Positions 18,868 to 27,361 are shown, numbered from the stretch's first letter. The stretch is DNA of 32,000 nt from Ignicoccus hospitalis KIN4/I (GCF_000017945.1 NC_009776.1:840001-872000); one strand, 5' to 3'. Numbers and translations: made by a program. The notes: generated by a model not told the origin, from the sequence alone.

Positions 18868-19683
18868 ATGTACTCCAGCTTGTGGCTCCACGCCAGGGTG
18901 TTCGGGTATAACGACTTGAAGAGGCACGTGTGGGACTTGAACGGCAACCCGGTTGAGGAAATAGAGCTCCCGCCGGTCTTCTCCCTGCCAGTCAGGAAGG
19001 ACCTAATAAGGAGGGCCTTCCTAAGTGCCTTCACCGCGAGGCTCCAGCCGAAGGGGAGGGACCCCATGGCGGGCAAGCGCACCACCGCCGAGAGCTTGGG
19101 GCCCGGACACGGCCTCGCGAGGGTGCCGAGGATTAAGGGCACCAGCAGGGCGGCGTTCGTTAACTCCGCGCGTGGCGGACACTTGGCCTTCCCGCCTAGG
19201 CCCGACAAGAAGCTTCACGAGGAGATAAACAAGAAGGAGAGGTTGATCGCGATAGCGAGCGCCCTCGCGGCGACCTCGAGGAGGGAGCTAGTGGAGGCCA
19301 GGGGACACGCGATAAGCTCCGTTAAAGAAGTTCCACTAATAGTAGTGGACGACATCGAAAACATAGAGAAGGCGAAGGACTTGAGGGAGGCATTCGTCAA
19401 GTTGGGCGTCATAGACGACGTTGAGAGAGCCTCTGAATGGAGGCAGAGGAGCACCAAGGGGAAGATGAGGGGGAGGAGGTACAAGAAGAGGGTGGGCCCC
19501 TTGATAATAGTGAGCACGGAAGAGGCGCCGGTTAGGAGGGCTGCGAGCGCCTTCCCGGGAACTGACGTGGTCGCCGTGAACTTGTTGAGCGTAAAGCACC
19601 TAGCGCCCGGAGGGGTCCCGGGTAGGTTAACAATCATAAGCAAAAAGGCCCTCGAGGAGATAGGCAAGAGGTTGACACTATGA
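18868..19683 (+). CDS. rpl4p: 50S ribosomal protein L4
   Basis: [69 protein letters not shown]. The start is ambiguous among TTG 18862, GTG 18865 and ATG 18868. Confidence 0.95.
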   Translation: MYSSLWLHARVFGYNDLKRHVWDLNGNPVEEIELPPVFSLPVRKDLIRRAFLSAFTARLQPKGRDPMAGKRTTAESLGPGHGLARVPRIKGTSRAAFVNSARGGHLAFPPRPDKKLHEEINKKERLIAIASALAATSRRELVEARGHAISSVKEVPLIVVDDIENIEKAKDLREAFVKLGVIDDVERASEWRQRSTKGKMRGRRYKKRVGPLIIVSTEEAPVRRAASAFPGTDVVAVNLLSVKHLAPGGVPGRLTIISKKALEEIGKRLTL

Positions 19684-19943
19684 GGGCTCCGGAGGACATC
19701 ATAATAAGGCCGCTCCACACGGAAAAGGCGCTAATGTTGATGGAAAAGTACAACACTTTGACGTTCATAGTAAGGAGGGACGCGACCAAGCCAGAGATAA
19801 AGTATGCAGTCGAGAAGTTGTACAACGTTAAGGTAGAGAAGGTCAACACGTTGATAACGCCCAAGAATGAGAAGAAGGCGTACGTGAAGCTTAGCCCGGA
19901 GTACAAGGCCACTGACATAGCGTCCAGGATAGGCCTCATATAA
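19680..19943 (+). CDS. rpl23p: 50S ribosomal protein L23
   Basis: [81 protein letters not shown]; ATGA overlap with L4. Confidence 0.96.
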   Translation: MRAPEDIIIRPLHTEKALMLMEKYNTLTFIVRRDATKPEIKYAVEKLYNVKVEKVNTLITPKNEKKAYVKLSPEYKATDIASRIGLI

Positions 19944-19952
19944 GGTGGTTTT

Positions 19953-20180
19953 ATGAAACGCGAGGCCGTAGCGCTCGCCTTTCTTGGAGCCATCTTACTC
20001 GTAGTCTCCTTCCTCCCAGACCCCTTCTTCCTGACCCTCTTGAGGGCCCTAGTGATGATGTTAGGTGCCTATTCTCTTTATATAGCTAAGAAAGTTTGGG
20101 AGTTGGAAAAGGGGTTTAATGAAGCAGTTAGGGTGGGAGAAAAGATAAAGAAGAAGTTGGACGAGCTACAGGTATCCTAA
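19953..20180 (+). CDS. Small membrane protein of unknown function
   Basis: 75-aa ORF 9 bp after L23 with hydrophobic segments AVALAFLGAILLVVSFL and TLLRALVMMLGAYSLYIA. Confidence 0.55.
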   Translation: MKREAVALAFLGAILLVVSFLPDPFFLTLLRALVMMLGAYSLYIAKKVWELEKGFNEAVRVGEKIKKKLDELQVS

Positions 20181-20366
20181 GCTCCTCAGCCTCTCCACGA
20201 CCTCGCGCACGTCCTCCTCCTTAATTTCCACCGCGCTGGTGGCTTCTTCGACTAGGAATTTCACGAACTCCTTAACGTCCTTAAAGCCCGCCTCCTCAGC
20301 CGCTTTGACTAGCCTGGCGAGCTCCTCTTCGTTGAGTTCCACGCAGACCTTCCCCACACCTCTCAC
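20166..20366 (-). CDS. Small ribbon-helix-helix-like protein with RLRSLGYL C-terminal tail
   Basis: KVCVELNEEELARLVKAAEEAGFKDVKEFVKFLVEEATS...VREVVERLRSLGYL; starts within the cysC stop region. Confidence 0.6.
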   Translation of the reverse strand: MRGVGKVCVELNEEELARLVKAAEEAGFKDVKEFVKFLVEEATSAVEIKEEDVREVVERLRSLGYL

Positions 20367-20902
20367 CCGAGCTTCTCCAATACGAAGTTCAATAACTTCT
20401 TTTCGCTCTCCTCCACGTCTTCCTTCTCAGTGTCCAAAACTAGGTCCGGGCTCTCCGGGGGCTCGTAGGGGTCGCTCACTCCAGTAAAGTTCTTTATTTC
20501 ACCCTTTAGCGCCTTCTTGTACAACCCCTTCGGGTCCCTCCTAATGCACTCTTCCAACGAGGCCTTTACGTAGATCTCGTAGAAGGGGACCTCCTCGCTG
20601 ACTATCCTCTTAACCTCCTCCCTCACGTCTCTATAAGGCGAAACGAAGGAACAGAAAACCACGACGCCGTTCCTCGCGAGCAGCCGGGCTATCCAAGCTA
20701 CCCTCTTCAAATGGAGGGCCCTCTCCTCCTTCGTGAAGCCTGCGTCGGGGTTGATGGTCTTGCGGACCCAGTCGCCGTCCAGGACCTCGACCCTGTAACC
20801 CATTTCGGACAGTTTCTTCGCTACCCTCTTGGCCAAGGTAGTCTTCCCGCTGCCCGGGAGTCCCGTTAACCAGAACACCGAGCCCTTATCGAGACACTTC
20901 AT
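20363..20902 (-). CDS. cysC: Adenylylsulfate (APS) kinase
   Basis: GSVFWLTGLPGSGKTTLAKRVAKKL...VEVLDGDWVRKTINPDAGFTKEERALHLKRVAWIARLLARNGVVVFCSFVSPYRDVRE...DPKGLYKKALKGEIKNFTGVSDPYEPP. Confidence 0.95.
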   Translation of the reverse strand: MKCLDKGSVFWLTGLPGSGKTTLAKRVAKKLSEMGYRVEVLDGDWVRKTINPDAGFTKEERALHLKRVAWIARLLARNGVVVFCSFVSPYRDVREEVKRIVSEEVPFYEIYVKASLEECIRRDPKGLYKKALKGEIKNFTGVSDPYEPPESPDLVLDTEKEDVEESEKKLLNFVLEKLG

Positions 20903-22223
20903 CGAGTAGTTCCCTCAGCAGCCCGTAGACCTCGTGAGCTTGAATAACGCCCCTCTCCCCGGAATACCTACCTTCGGGGTCGTAGATCGCCGTAATGCCG
21001 TACCAGTCGTGAACCGCGTCGTCCGCGCCTCTGTCATCCTTGTCCATGTAGAGCTCCCCCCAGCCCACCGTACCTATGGGCTTCCAGTCGAGGTCTGCGA
21101 AGAATGCCATCAAGTCCGGAGCGTCCCCCCTAACCTCCGGGTATATCTCTGAGGGCTCGTAAACCTCGTTCTTCCAAGGCTCCCCTCGGGGCCCGGCGAC
21201 GCGGGAGAGCTTCTCCTTCAGCTCCCTCACGACGTCCTCGTACTCGCTCTGGTCCACCACCCCGTACTTCTCCCTCCCCTTCAAGTTGACGAACACCCTA
21301 GAGTAGTAGCCTCCCCAAGCCCAAGCGAGCGTCTTGCCCCAGTCCACCAACTCCTCGCTGAGTTGCTCGCCCCTCTTGGGTTCTCTCTTGAACTTCAAGA
21401 AGCCCTCCCTTTCCAGCCACTCATTAATCACAAAGGTACCTTTCATAGGCTTTATGCCGTGGTCGCTCAGAAAGACTATCACTGCGTCCTTGAGCGACCC
21501 CTCCAACATCCTCGCGGCCCACTCGTCCACCCGCCGGTAGACCTCCGGTATCACGTTCAGCTCTTCGTTTTCCTCGTACTTCGGGTGGGACTTCTCGAAG
21601 TACCGCAAGAAGGCGTGGTGGGCCCTGTCTATGCCTATTTCAACGTATATGAAGAAGTCCCACTTTTTCTTAGTAACGATATACTCTACTACCTTTAGGT
21701 GGCTGTCTAACATCTTTAACAAATCTTTCTTAACCGCCTCCTTATCGAAGCTGTTGTACTTTATGTCGAAGAGCGGCTTGCCGACCCGCCTTTCCAGCTC
21801 GAGCCTCAGAGAAGGCGGGTAGGCCCAGTTCTCAGCTTGCGAAGGGGTGGTGAAGTCGGTCACCACGTAGCCGTATATCGGCTTAGGCGGGTAAGTAGGG
21901 GGGACCCCGAAGAGGGCGCTCCTAAGCCCCTTTTCGGCGGCGTAGTCCCAAACGGTCTTAGCCTTGAAGTATCTTGAATTAACTATATAGTAGTCGAACG
22001 ACCCGGGCTTGCGGTGCCGAAAGCCGTAAACCCCTAACTCTCCCGGAGTCTTCCCCGTGAACATGACCATCCAAGCGGGAACTGTTATCGGGGGGTAGCA
22101 GCTCCTCATGTGCCACTTGGCAGATTCCTTTATGTAGGAGTGCAAGTTGGGGAAGAACTTATTCCCCATTTCGTAGAAATACCTCGGAGGCATCGAGTCC
22201 AAGCCCAGTACGAAGACCTTCAT
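20886..22223 (-). CDS. Alkaline phosphatase-superfamily type I phosphodiesterase/nucleotide pyrophosphatase-like protein
   Basis: KVFVLGLDSMPPRYFYEMG...CYPPITVPAWMVMFTGKTPGELGVYGF...FLSDHGIKPMKGTFVINEWL. Confidence 0.88.
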   Translation of the reverse strand: MKVFVLGLDSMPPRYFYEMGNKFFPNLHSYIKESAKWHMRSCYPPITVPAWMVMFTGKTPGELGVYGFRHRKPGSFDYYIVNSRYFKAKTVWDYAAEKGLRSALFGVPPTYPPKPIYGYVVTDFTTPSQAENWAYPPSLRLELERRVGKPLFDIKYNSFDKEAVKKDLLKMLDSHLKVVEYIVTKKKWDFFIYVEIGIDRAHHAFLRYFEKSHPKYEENEELNVIPEVYRRVDEWAARMLEGSLKDAVIVFLSDHGIKPMKGTFVINEWLEREGFLKFKREPKRGEQLSEELVDWGKTLAWAWGGYYSRVFVNLKGREKYGVVDQSEYEDVVRELKEKLSRVAGPRGEPWKNEVYEPSEIYPEVRGDAPDLMAFFADLDWKPIGTVGWGELYMDKDDRGADDAVHDWYGITAIYDPEGRYSGERGVIQAHEVYGLLRELLDEVSR

Positions 22224-22258
22224 CGTTAAGTGCCCTCGGAGCCTGGCGACGGTCGGTT

Positions 22259-23407
22259 TTAATGAACGAATGGGTCCTCGAACGAGAGGACCACCTCCGC
22301 CACCTCGGGCCTCATCATGTACTCCGGAGGCCTCTTCCCCTCCATTATCATCTTCCTGAGCTTCGTCCCGCTAATTCTAATCCTGTACTCCTCCGGGTGT
22401 GGACAAATCTTCTCGTTGACCATACCTCCGCACTTCTTGCAGTAGAACGCCTCCCTGACGAAGAGGGGAGTTATGCCTAAGTCGGGGAAGTTCTTAAATA
22501 TGTCCCAGGCCTCGTAGGGCCCGTAGTAGTTGCCCACTCCGGCGTGGTCCCTGCCCACTATGAAGTGGGTGGCGCCGAAGTTCTTCCTCACTATTGCGTG
22601 GTGCACGGCCTCCCTCGGGCCGGCGTACCTCATCTCCATTCGTAGCACTGAGAACGCAACTGAGTCCTTCGGGTAGTAGTGTTCTATCAAAGCCTCATAC
22701 GCCTTTATTATTACCTCGTCCCTGAAGTCGCCCGGCTTCTTCCAGCCCACCAGCGGGTTCACGAAAAGGCCGTCGGTGAACGTCAACGCGGCCTTCTGGA
22801 CGTACTCGTGGCCCAAGTGGGGGACGTTCCTGGTCTGAAAGGCGGCCACCCTCTTCCAGCCCTTTTGTTCGAACAGAACTCTGGTCTCCTTGGGCCACAA
22901 CCTATATTTCTCGAAGGGCTCAGGTACGTCGCTTATCTGGATCAGGGGGCCCCCGAGCAAGTAGTCCTTCTTATTGAAGACCTTTCTGACCCCCGGGTGG
23001 TTCAAGTCGTCCGTCTTGAACACCTTTAACGTGTGGTAGTTCTTGTCCCAAGGGAAGATTTCCTCTACATAGAGTATGGCTATCGGCTTACCCTTGAAGA
23101 ATATAGCCACTTCGTCACCCTCTCTGACACTTTTCTTGACGTTCTCGTCCACGTCTAGGATTATAGGTATGGTCCAAGGAAGGTCGTTGCTGAGCCTCAT
23201 GAACTCTAACACGCTGAGGTAGTCTTCCCTCACCATGAAGCCTTCCAGGGGCGAGTAGACCCCGTGGGCGACGTTAGCGACGTCCGCGGCCAAGCCTTCA
23301 TCTACTTGTACGTTTACCATTTCCTTCGCTTCTTCAACCAACCTCTCTCGGGTCTTGCCCTTCGCTACCCTCTCCACTAACTTGCCCCCGTGAGGCTTGG
23401 AGACCAA
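22259..23407 (-). CDS. sat: Sulfate adenylyltransferase (ATP sulfurylase)
   Basis: NVAHGVYSPLEGFM...AAFQTRNVPHLGHEYVQKAAL...VNPLVGWKKPGDFRDEVIIKAYEALIEHYYPKDSVAFSVLRMEMRYAGPREAVHHAIVRKNFGATHFIVGRDHAGVGNYYGPYEA. Confidence 0.97.
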   Translation of the reverse strand: MVSKPHGGKLVERVAKGKTRERLVEEAKEMVNVQVDEGLAADVANVAHGVYSPLEGFMVREDYLSVLEFMRLSNDLPWTIPIILDVDENVKKSVREGDEVAIFFKGKPIAILYVEEIFPWDKNYHTLKVFKTDDLNHPGVRKVFNKKDYLLGGPLIQISDVPEPFEKYRLWPKETRVLFEQKGWKRVAAFQTRNVPHLGHEYVQKAALTFTDGLFVNPLVGWKKPGDFRDEVIIKAYEALIEHYYPKDSVAFSVLRMEMRYAGPREAVHHAIVRKNFGATHFIVGRDHAGVGNYYGPYEAWDIFKNFPDLGITPLFVREAFYCKKCGGMVNEKICPHPEEYRIRISGTKLRKMIMEGKRPPEYMMRPEVAEVVLSFEDPFVH

Positions 23408-23423
23408 GGTCTCACCACCTCGC

Positions 23424-23636
23424 TCACAAGTAGCCCAAGCTCCTCAGCCTTTCTATGATCTCCTTCCTCTCTTCCTCGCTTATGTTTGCCTCCTCCACCT
23501 CCTCTTCTAACTTGGCCAAGGCCTCCCTTAGGAGGTGGATGAGGAGGGTGTTAGGGTCCTCGAAGCCGGTCTTCGCGGCTAACTCCCTTAGTCTGTTGTA
23601 AAGCGTAACTGGTACTTTCACCTCCTTCCACTCCAC
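23424..23636 (-). CDS. Small ribbon-helix-helix-like protein with RLRSLGYL C-terminal tail
   Basis: Start refined from 23786 to GTG 23636 to avoid the divergent gene: VEWKEVKVPVTLYNRLRELAAKTGFEDPNTLLIHLLREALAKLEEEVEEANISEEERKEIIERLRSLGYL. Confidence 0.6.
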   Translation of the reverse strand: MEWKEVKVPVTLYNRLRELAAKTGFEDPNTLLIHLLREALAKLEEEVEEANISEEERKEIIERLRSLGYL

Positions 23637-23700
23637 CCGCTTCCCCGCCCCCGATCGAACGCCCTTTAATCTGCTGATTTTGAGGCGAGGCCCGAAAGCC

Positions 23701-24414
23701 ATGTGGGAGTGGTTCGTCGTCGGCTTGGTTTCGTCGTTGTTGGACCAGACGCTGGCCTTGGGCTTCGGCTTGACCTCTTCGCTCATACTGGTCAGCGCGC
23801 TCGGCGCCGACCCGAGGGAGGTTGTGCCGACAATATTGGCAGCCCAAGCTCTGACCTCCGTGCCGGCGTACTTGATAATACGGAAGCTTAAAGTGCCCAG
23901 TCAACTGTTCTTGTTCTTGCTAGTTACATCAGTAATGACGGTAATACTCCCTTTCGGATTGAAAGCTTTGAAGACCAAAGACGCCTTGGCGCTGTATTCG
24001 TTATCGCTGTTCTTGACAGTAGCTATAATGGTAGCTATGGATAAGGGTTTCCTAAAGCCCGACCTAAAGGCCACGTTGTTGTTATCGCTCCTAGTCTCTT
24101 TGGATAAAGTTATGGTAGGCGGAGGCTTGAGCCTAGCACTAGTTATATTACAAAAATCCATGGGCGTTAGTTTAAGCGAGGCGTTGATGTCATTACCAGT
24201 GATAAAGGCTCTACCCGTGCTCACTTCCCTCATAGGCTATTGCGGCTCCTCCCTCTGCCCGAGGCCCGCGCCGTCGTTCGCGATGGCCGCGGGCGCGGCC
24301 TTGGGGAGCTACGCGAGCAAGAAGCTCCACTCGAAAATAAGAATAAGGGACGAGTACTCGGTCCTCTTGCTCTTGATCGGAGCAGCGGTGAGCGCGCTGC
24401 GCGCGCTTTATTGA
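23701..24414 (+). CDS. TauE/SafE-like (DUF81) membrane permease
   Basis: MWEWFVVGLVSSLLDQTLALGFGLTSSLILVSALGADPREVVPTILAAQALTSVPAY resembles the DUF81 first-repeat motif; the second repeat is LSLLVSLDKVMVGGG. ATG 23701 chosen. Confidence 0.72.
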   Translation: MWEWFVVGLVSSLLDQTLALGFGLTSSLILVSALGADPREVVPTILAAQALTSVPAYLIIRKLKVPSQLFLFLLVTSVMTVILPFGLKALKTKDALALYSLSLFLTVAIMVAMDKGFLKPDLKATLLLSLLVSLDKVMVGGGLSLALVILQKSMGVSLSEALMSLPVIKALPVLTSLIGYCGSSLCPRPAPSFAMAAGAALGSYASKKLHSKIRIRDEYSVLLLLIGAAVSALRALY

Positions 24415-24446
24415 GCTTCCTCCGGGACCCCCGAGAGGGCCGGTAA

Positions 24447-25841
24447 GTGGAAAGGAAGTTGCTACTCCTAGTTGGGGACTCGCTGAGGGCCGACTCGTTT
24501 AAGCGTTACGTACCTAAGGCCTCGGAGTACAAGGAGCTGGTGCCGGCCTATTCCCAGACGCCCGGCGCCACCTTTTCCCTCCTCTTCGGGCGCCACCTCA
24601 CCCACGTCTTCTGGCCTACGGAGCTTAACCCCATGACGGTCTTAAGGTTCGCCGGGATAGAGACTCTAAAGGACACTTCTGCCACTTTCGGAATTTTCAA
24701 CTTCATTCCCACCTTGTCCAAGCTGTTGGCTGAGGAGTCCGTGGTACACGCCTTGAGGAAGGCCGGCGTTCGTACCATGGTATACAGCCAGCTCGACAGC
24801 CCCCCGCTGAGCCTTCCCCCGTTTGACGTGGAAGACTTGGCGAACACAACTAGATTGCGATTAGATTACGTAAGCAGAGCAATCCTGGCAGTCTCTTGGC
24901 GTCTGGCGACCGTAGCCACTAAGAGGTATAGAAACCTGGGCAAGATGGCATTGCTGAACACGATAATAGACGTTTTGCCTTGGAAGAAGGGCATAATATT
25001 TGAAGCTGGAAACTTCCCAGCGAGGCACCTTTACGAGGACATGGCAGAGGTCGCTATATACAAACTGAAGAAGCTCAAGGGCGATTGGTTCGTCTACTTC
25101 CACGCCTTCACTCCTCACGGCGAGTACTCTTGCGGCGAGTTCCGGCACGCCTTGGACCTCCACATGCTCACTTGGAGCTTTAACGTACACGTGGGGGAGC
25201 TGCTGAAGCTGTACCAAGTGGACTCCTTGGAGAGATTGCTTCGGTATTACCGAACGTGCGACGTCATAAGGGATGTCCTTGAGGACGAGGGCATCTTCAG
25301 AAAGCTGAGGACTGCTTACGAGGAGTGCGTAAAGCTCTTCGCGAGCTTCGTGAAGCGGCTTGAGGAGGAACTCGTCCCCGAGGGCTGGACGGTCATAGTA
25401 ACTTCTGACCACCCGGAGTACTTCGGCGAGGATTGCCTCAGCGGCCACCCCCCTCTGGTCCCCCTTAGGAGGCCGCCGGAGAGGGTCCCCTTGCTCCTGC
25501 TGGGAGAGGGCAGCTTGGAAGGGGTGAGGGCTTACACTCAGATACCGGAGCTCGTGGCCGAGCACTTCTCCGTCCGGTGGGCTGCCCCATCCTCCGACGA
25601 GGTGTTAGTTACCATACCCTACTTGAGGGACAACAAGTGGAGCATTATGGTCGTGTCCACGGACGGCGACAAAACGGCTTACCACGCTGTAGACGAAAGC
25701 GGCAATGAGGTCTGGGGAGGCCCGGAAGAGTTACGAGAGGCAATCTCTCAGCACGAGCGCCGGGCCGCGGAGGAAAGGAAGAAGATAATAAACCGCCTAA
25801 AGATAAAGCTCAAGCTTCGGAGGAGACTCCTCAACAAATAA
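24447..25841 (+). CDS. Alkaline phosphatase-superfamily (sulfatase-like) protein
   Basis: LLLLVGDSLRADSFKRYVPKASEY...SQTPGATFSLLFGRHLTHVFWP...DWFVYFHAFTPHG...TVIVTSDHPEYFGEDC...GHPPLVPLRRPPERVPLLLLG. Confidence 0.8.
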   Translation: MERKLLLLVGDSLRADSFKRYVPKASEYKELVPAYSQTPGATFSLLFGRHLTHVFWPTELNPMTVLRFAGIETLKDTSATFGIFNFIPTLSKLLAEESVVHALRKAGVRTMVYSQLDSPPLSLPPFDVEDLANTTRLRLDYVSRAILAVSWRLATVATKRYRNLGKMALLNTIIDVLPWKKGIIFEAGNFPARHLYEDMAEVAIYKLKKLKGDWFVYFHAFTPHGEYSCGEFRHALDLHMLTWSFNVHVGELLKLYQVDSLERLLRYYRTCDVIRDVLEDEGIFRKLRTAYEECVKLFASFVKRLEEELVPEGWTVIVTSDHPEYFGEDCLSGHPPLVPLRRPPERVPLLLLGEGSLEGVRAYTQIPELVAEHFSVRWAAPSSDEVLVTIPYLRDNKWSIMVVSTDGDKTAYHAVDESGNEVWGGPEELREAISQHERRAAEERKKIINRLKIKLKLRRRLLNK

Positions 25842-25877
25842 CCTTCGCTTTGTACTGCGCTAACGGGTACGTCCGAG

Positions 25878-26270
25878 TTGTCTCAAGAGACCCTAAAGGC
25901 GGTCCTCCCCTCGCACATAGCGAAGGCAAAGGTCGTAGAAAAGCCGTGGGGAAGGGAGATATGGATAGCCAACGAGCCAGAGTACGGCGGCAAAATCCTC
26001 GAAATAAGGAAGGGGTACTCGACTAGCGTTCACTATCACAAGGTGAAGAAGGAAACGATATACGTGGACAAGGGGAAGCTCTTGGTTAGAAGCGGGGATA
26101 AGGAGTACGTGCTGGAGGAGGGCCAGGCAGTGACTATAGAGCCTTACACCGTCCACCAGCTCGTCGCCTTAGAAGACGTCCGCCTAATAGAGGTCTCCAC
26201 GCAGCCCTTGGACGAGAGGGTAAGGGTGGAGGACCCTTACGCCGGGAAGAGGAAGCCGGAGGACCTCTAG
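25878..26270 (+). CDS. Single-domain cupin, mannose-6-phosphate isomerase C-terminal-like
   Basis: KPWGREIWIANEPEYGGKILEIRKGYSTSVHYHKVKKETIYVDKGKLLVRSGDKEYVLEEGQAVTIEPYTVHQLVA. Confidence 0.8.
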   Translation: MSQETLKAVLPSHIAKAKVVEKPWGREIWIANEPEYGGKILEIRKGYSTSVHYHKVKKETIYVDKGKLLVRSGDKEYVLEEGQAVTIEPYTVHQLVALEDVRLIEVSTQPLDERVRVEDPYAGKRKPEDL

Positions 26271-26320
26271 GGAAAAACTTTCTACTTTATCTTTTCAGTT
26301 TTAATCTTACTGCCTTTGCC

Positions 26321-27361
26321 TTACCTCCTAAGCAGTTGGTCAAGCTCGGCCAGCAGCTGCTGCCTGAACGACTTGGACAGCGGCGCATAGCCCATCTTGA
26401 TGGAGGCCTTTTGAAGCTCGTCGCTGAGCAAGTACTTGACGAAGTCTACTATCTGCTTCAGCTTCGGAGAGTCCCTGAAGAAGATTATGTAGGGGGTCGC
26501 CACTATGGGGTAGGAGTCCTTGCCCGGGGCCAGCACCAGCGAGTCTGCGTAGAAGTAAGGGGCGTGGAGCACGCATATCCAGCGCTTCGCGGCGCCGGCG
26601 GTGGCGGCGCTTATGGTCTCCGGAGTGGGCAGCACGAAGTTACCCTCAGCGTTCTTCAGGGCGGCGGTGGGGAGCTTCGCTTGGACTGCGTAGGCGTACT
26701 CCACGTAGCCTATGCTGTAGGACGTCTTACTGACGGTCGCGGCGACTCCTTGGTTCTTCGGGGCGCCGATGCCCCTTCCCACCTTATCAACGGGCCAGTT
26801 TATCACCAAATGGGAACCTATCTTAGCGTTCCACTCCGCCGAAGACTTGGCCAAGTACTTGGTGAAGACGGCTGTAGTGCCAGAGGCGTCGGAGCGGTGA
26901 ACGGCTATTATCGGCTTGTGGGGGAGCTTCGCGGCCACCTCGGGGTCTTGGAGCGCCTTTATCCTAGGGTCGTCCCAGTACTTTATCTTACCCATGTAAA
27001 TTTCCGCCAGCACTTCCCCGTCCAGCTTGAGTACCTTGTTCCCTAGCTCGGGTACGTTGTATATCACTACCACGGAGCCCGCCACTACTGGTACGTGTAC
27101 AACTTGCTTCCCCTCAAAGAGAAGTGGGGCGTACCTCTCCTTCGGTATAGGCACGTCGCTCCCGGCGAAGTCGGTTAGGTGGTTCAGCAAGTTGGCTATG
27201 CCGGCCCCAGAGCCCACGCCTTGATACGTTACGTGGGCTGCCTTGTAGTAGTACGCTGCGAGGGATACGAAGGGATAGACGAAGGTCGAGCCGCTCCCGT
27301 AGAGGGAAGCGGCTATGACCGCGTGGCTCAACAAGAGCGAAGCTACTAATGCAGTCCTCAT
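26321..27361 (-). CDS. pstS: Phosphate ABC transporter substrate-binding protein, PstS-like
   Basis: Signal-like N-terminus then LYGSGSTFVYPFVSLAAYYYKAAHVTYQGVGSGAGIANLLNHLTDFAGSDVPI...IAVHRSDASGTTAVFTKYLAKSS...GVAATVSKTSYSIGYVEYAYA. Confidence 0.92.
   Translation of the reverse strand: MRTALVASLLLSHAVIAASLYGSGSTFVYPFVSLAAYYYKAAHVTYQGVGSGAGIANLLNHLTDFAGSDVPIPKERYAPLLFEGKQVVHVPVVAGSVVVIYNVPELGNKVLKLDGEVLAEIYMGKIKYWDDPRIKALQDPEVAAKLPHKPIIAVHRSDASGTTAVFTKYLAKSSAEWNAKIGSHLVINWPVDKVGRGIGAPKNQGVAATVSKTSYSIGYVEYAYAVQAKLPTAALKNAEGNFVLPTPETISAATAGAAKRWICVLHAPYFYADSLVLAPGKDSYPIVATPYIIFFRDSPKLKQIVDFVKYLLSDELQKASIKMGYAPLSKSFRQQLLAELDQLLRR

Noticed and set aside
23637-23786. Extended N-terminus of the RHH-like ORF
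   Set aside because: Overlaps the start of the divergent permease; GTG 23636 gives a compact RHH-sized protein.
26336-27046. Plus-strand 236-aa ORF over pstS
   Set aside because: Antisense to a confidently assigned PstS-like gene; Gly/Val/Arg-rich shadow.
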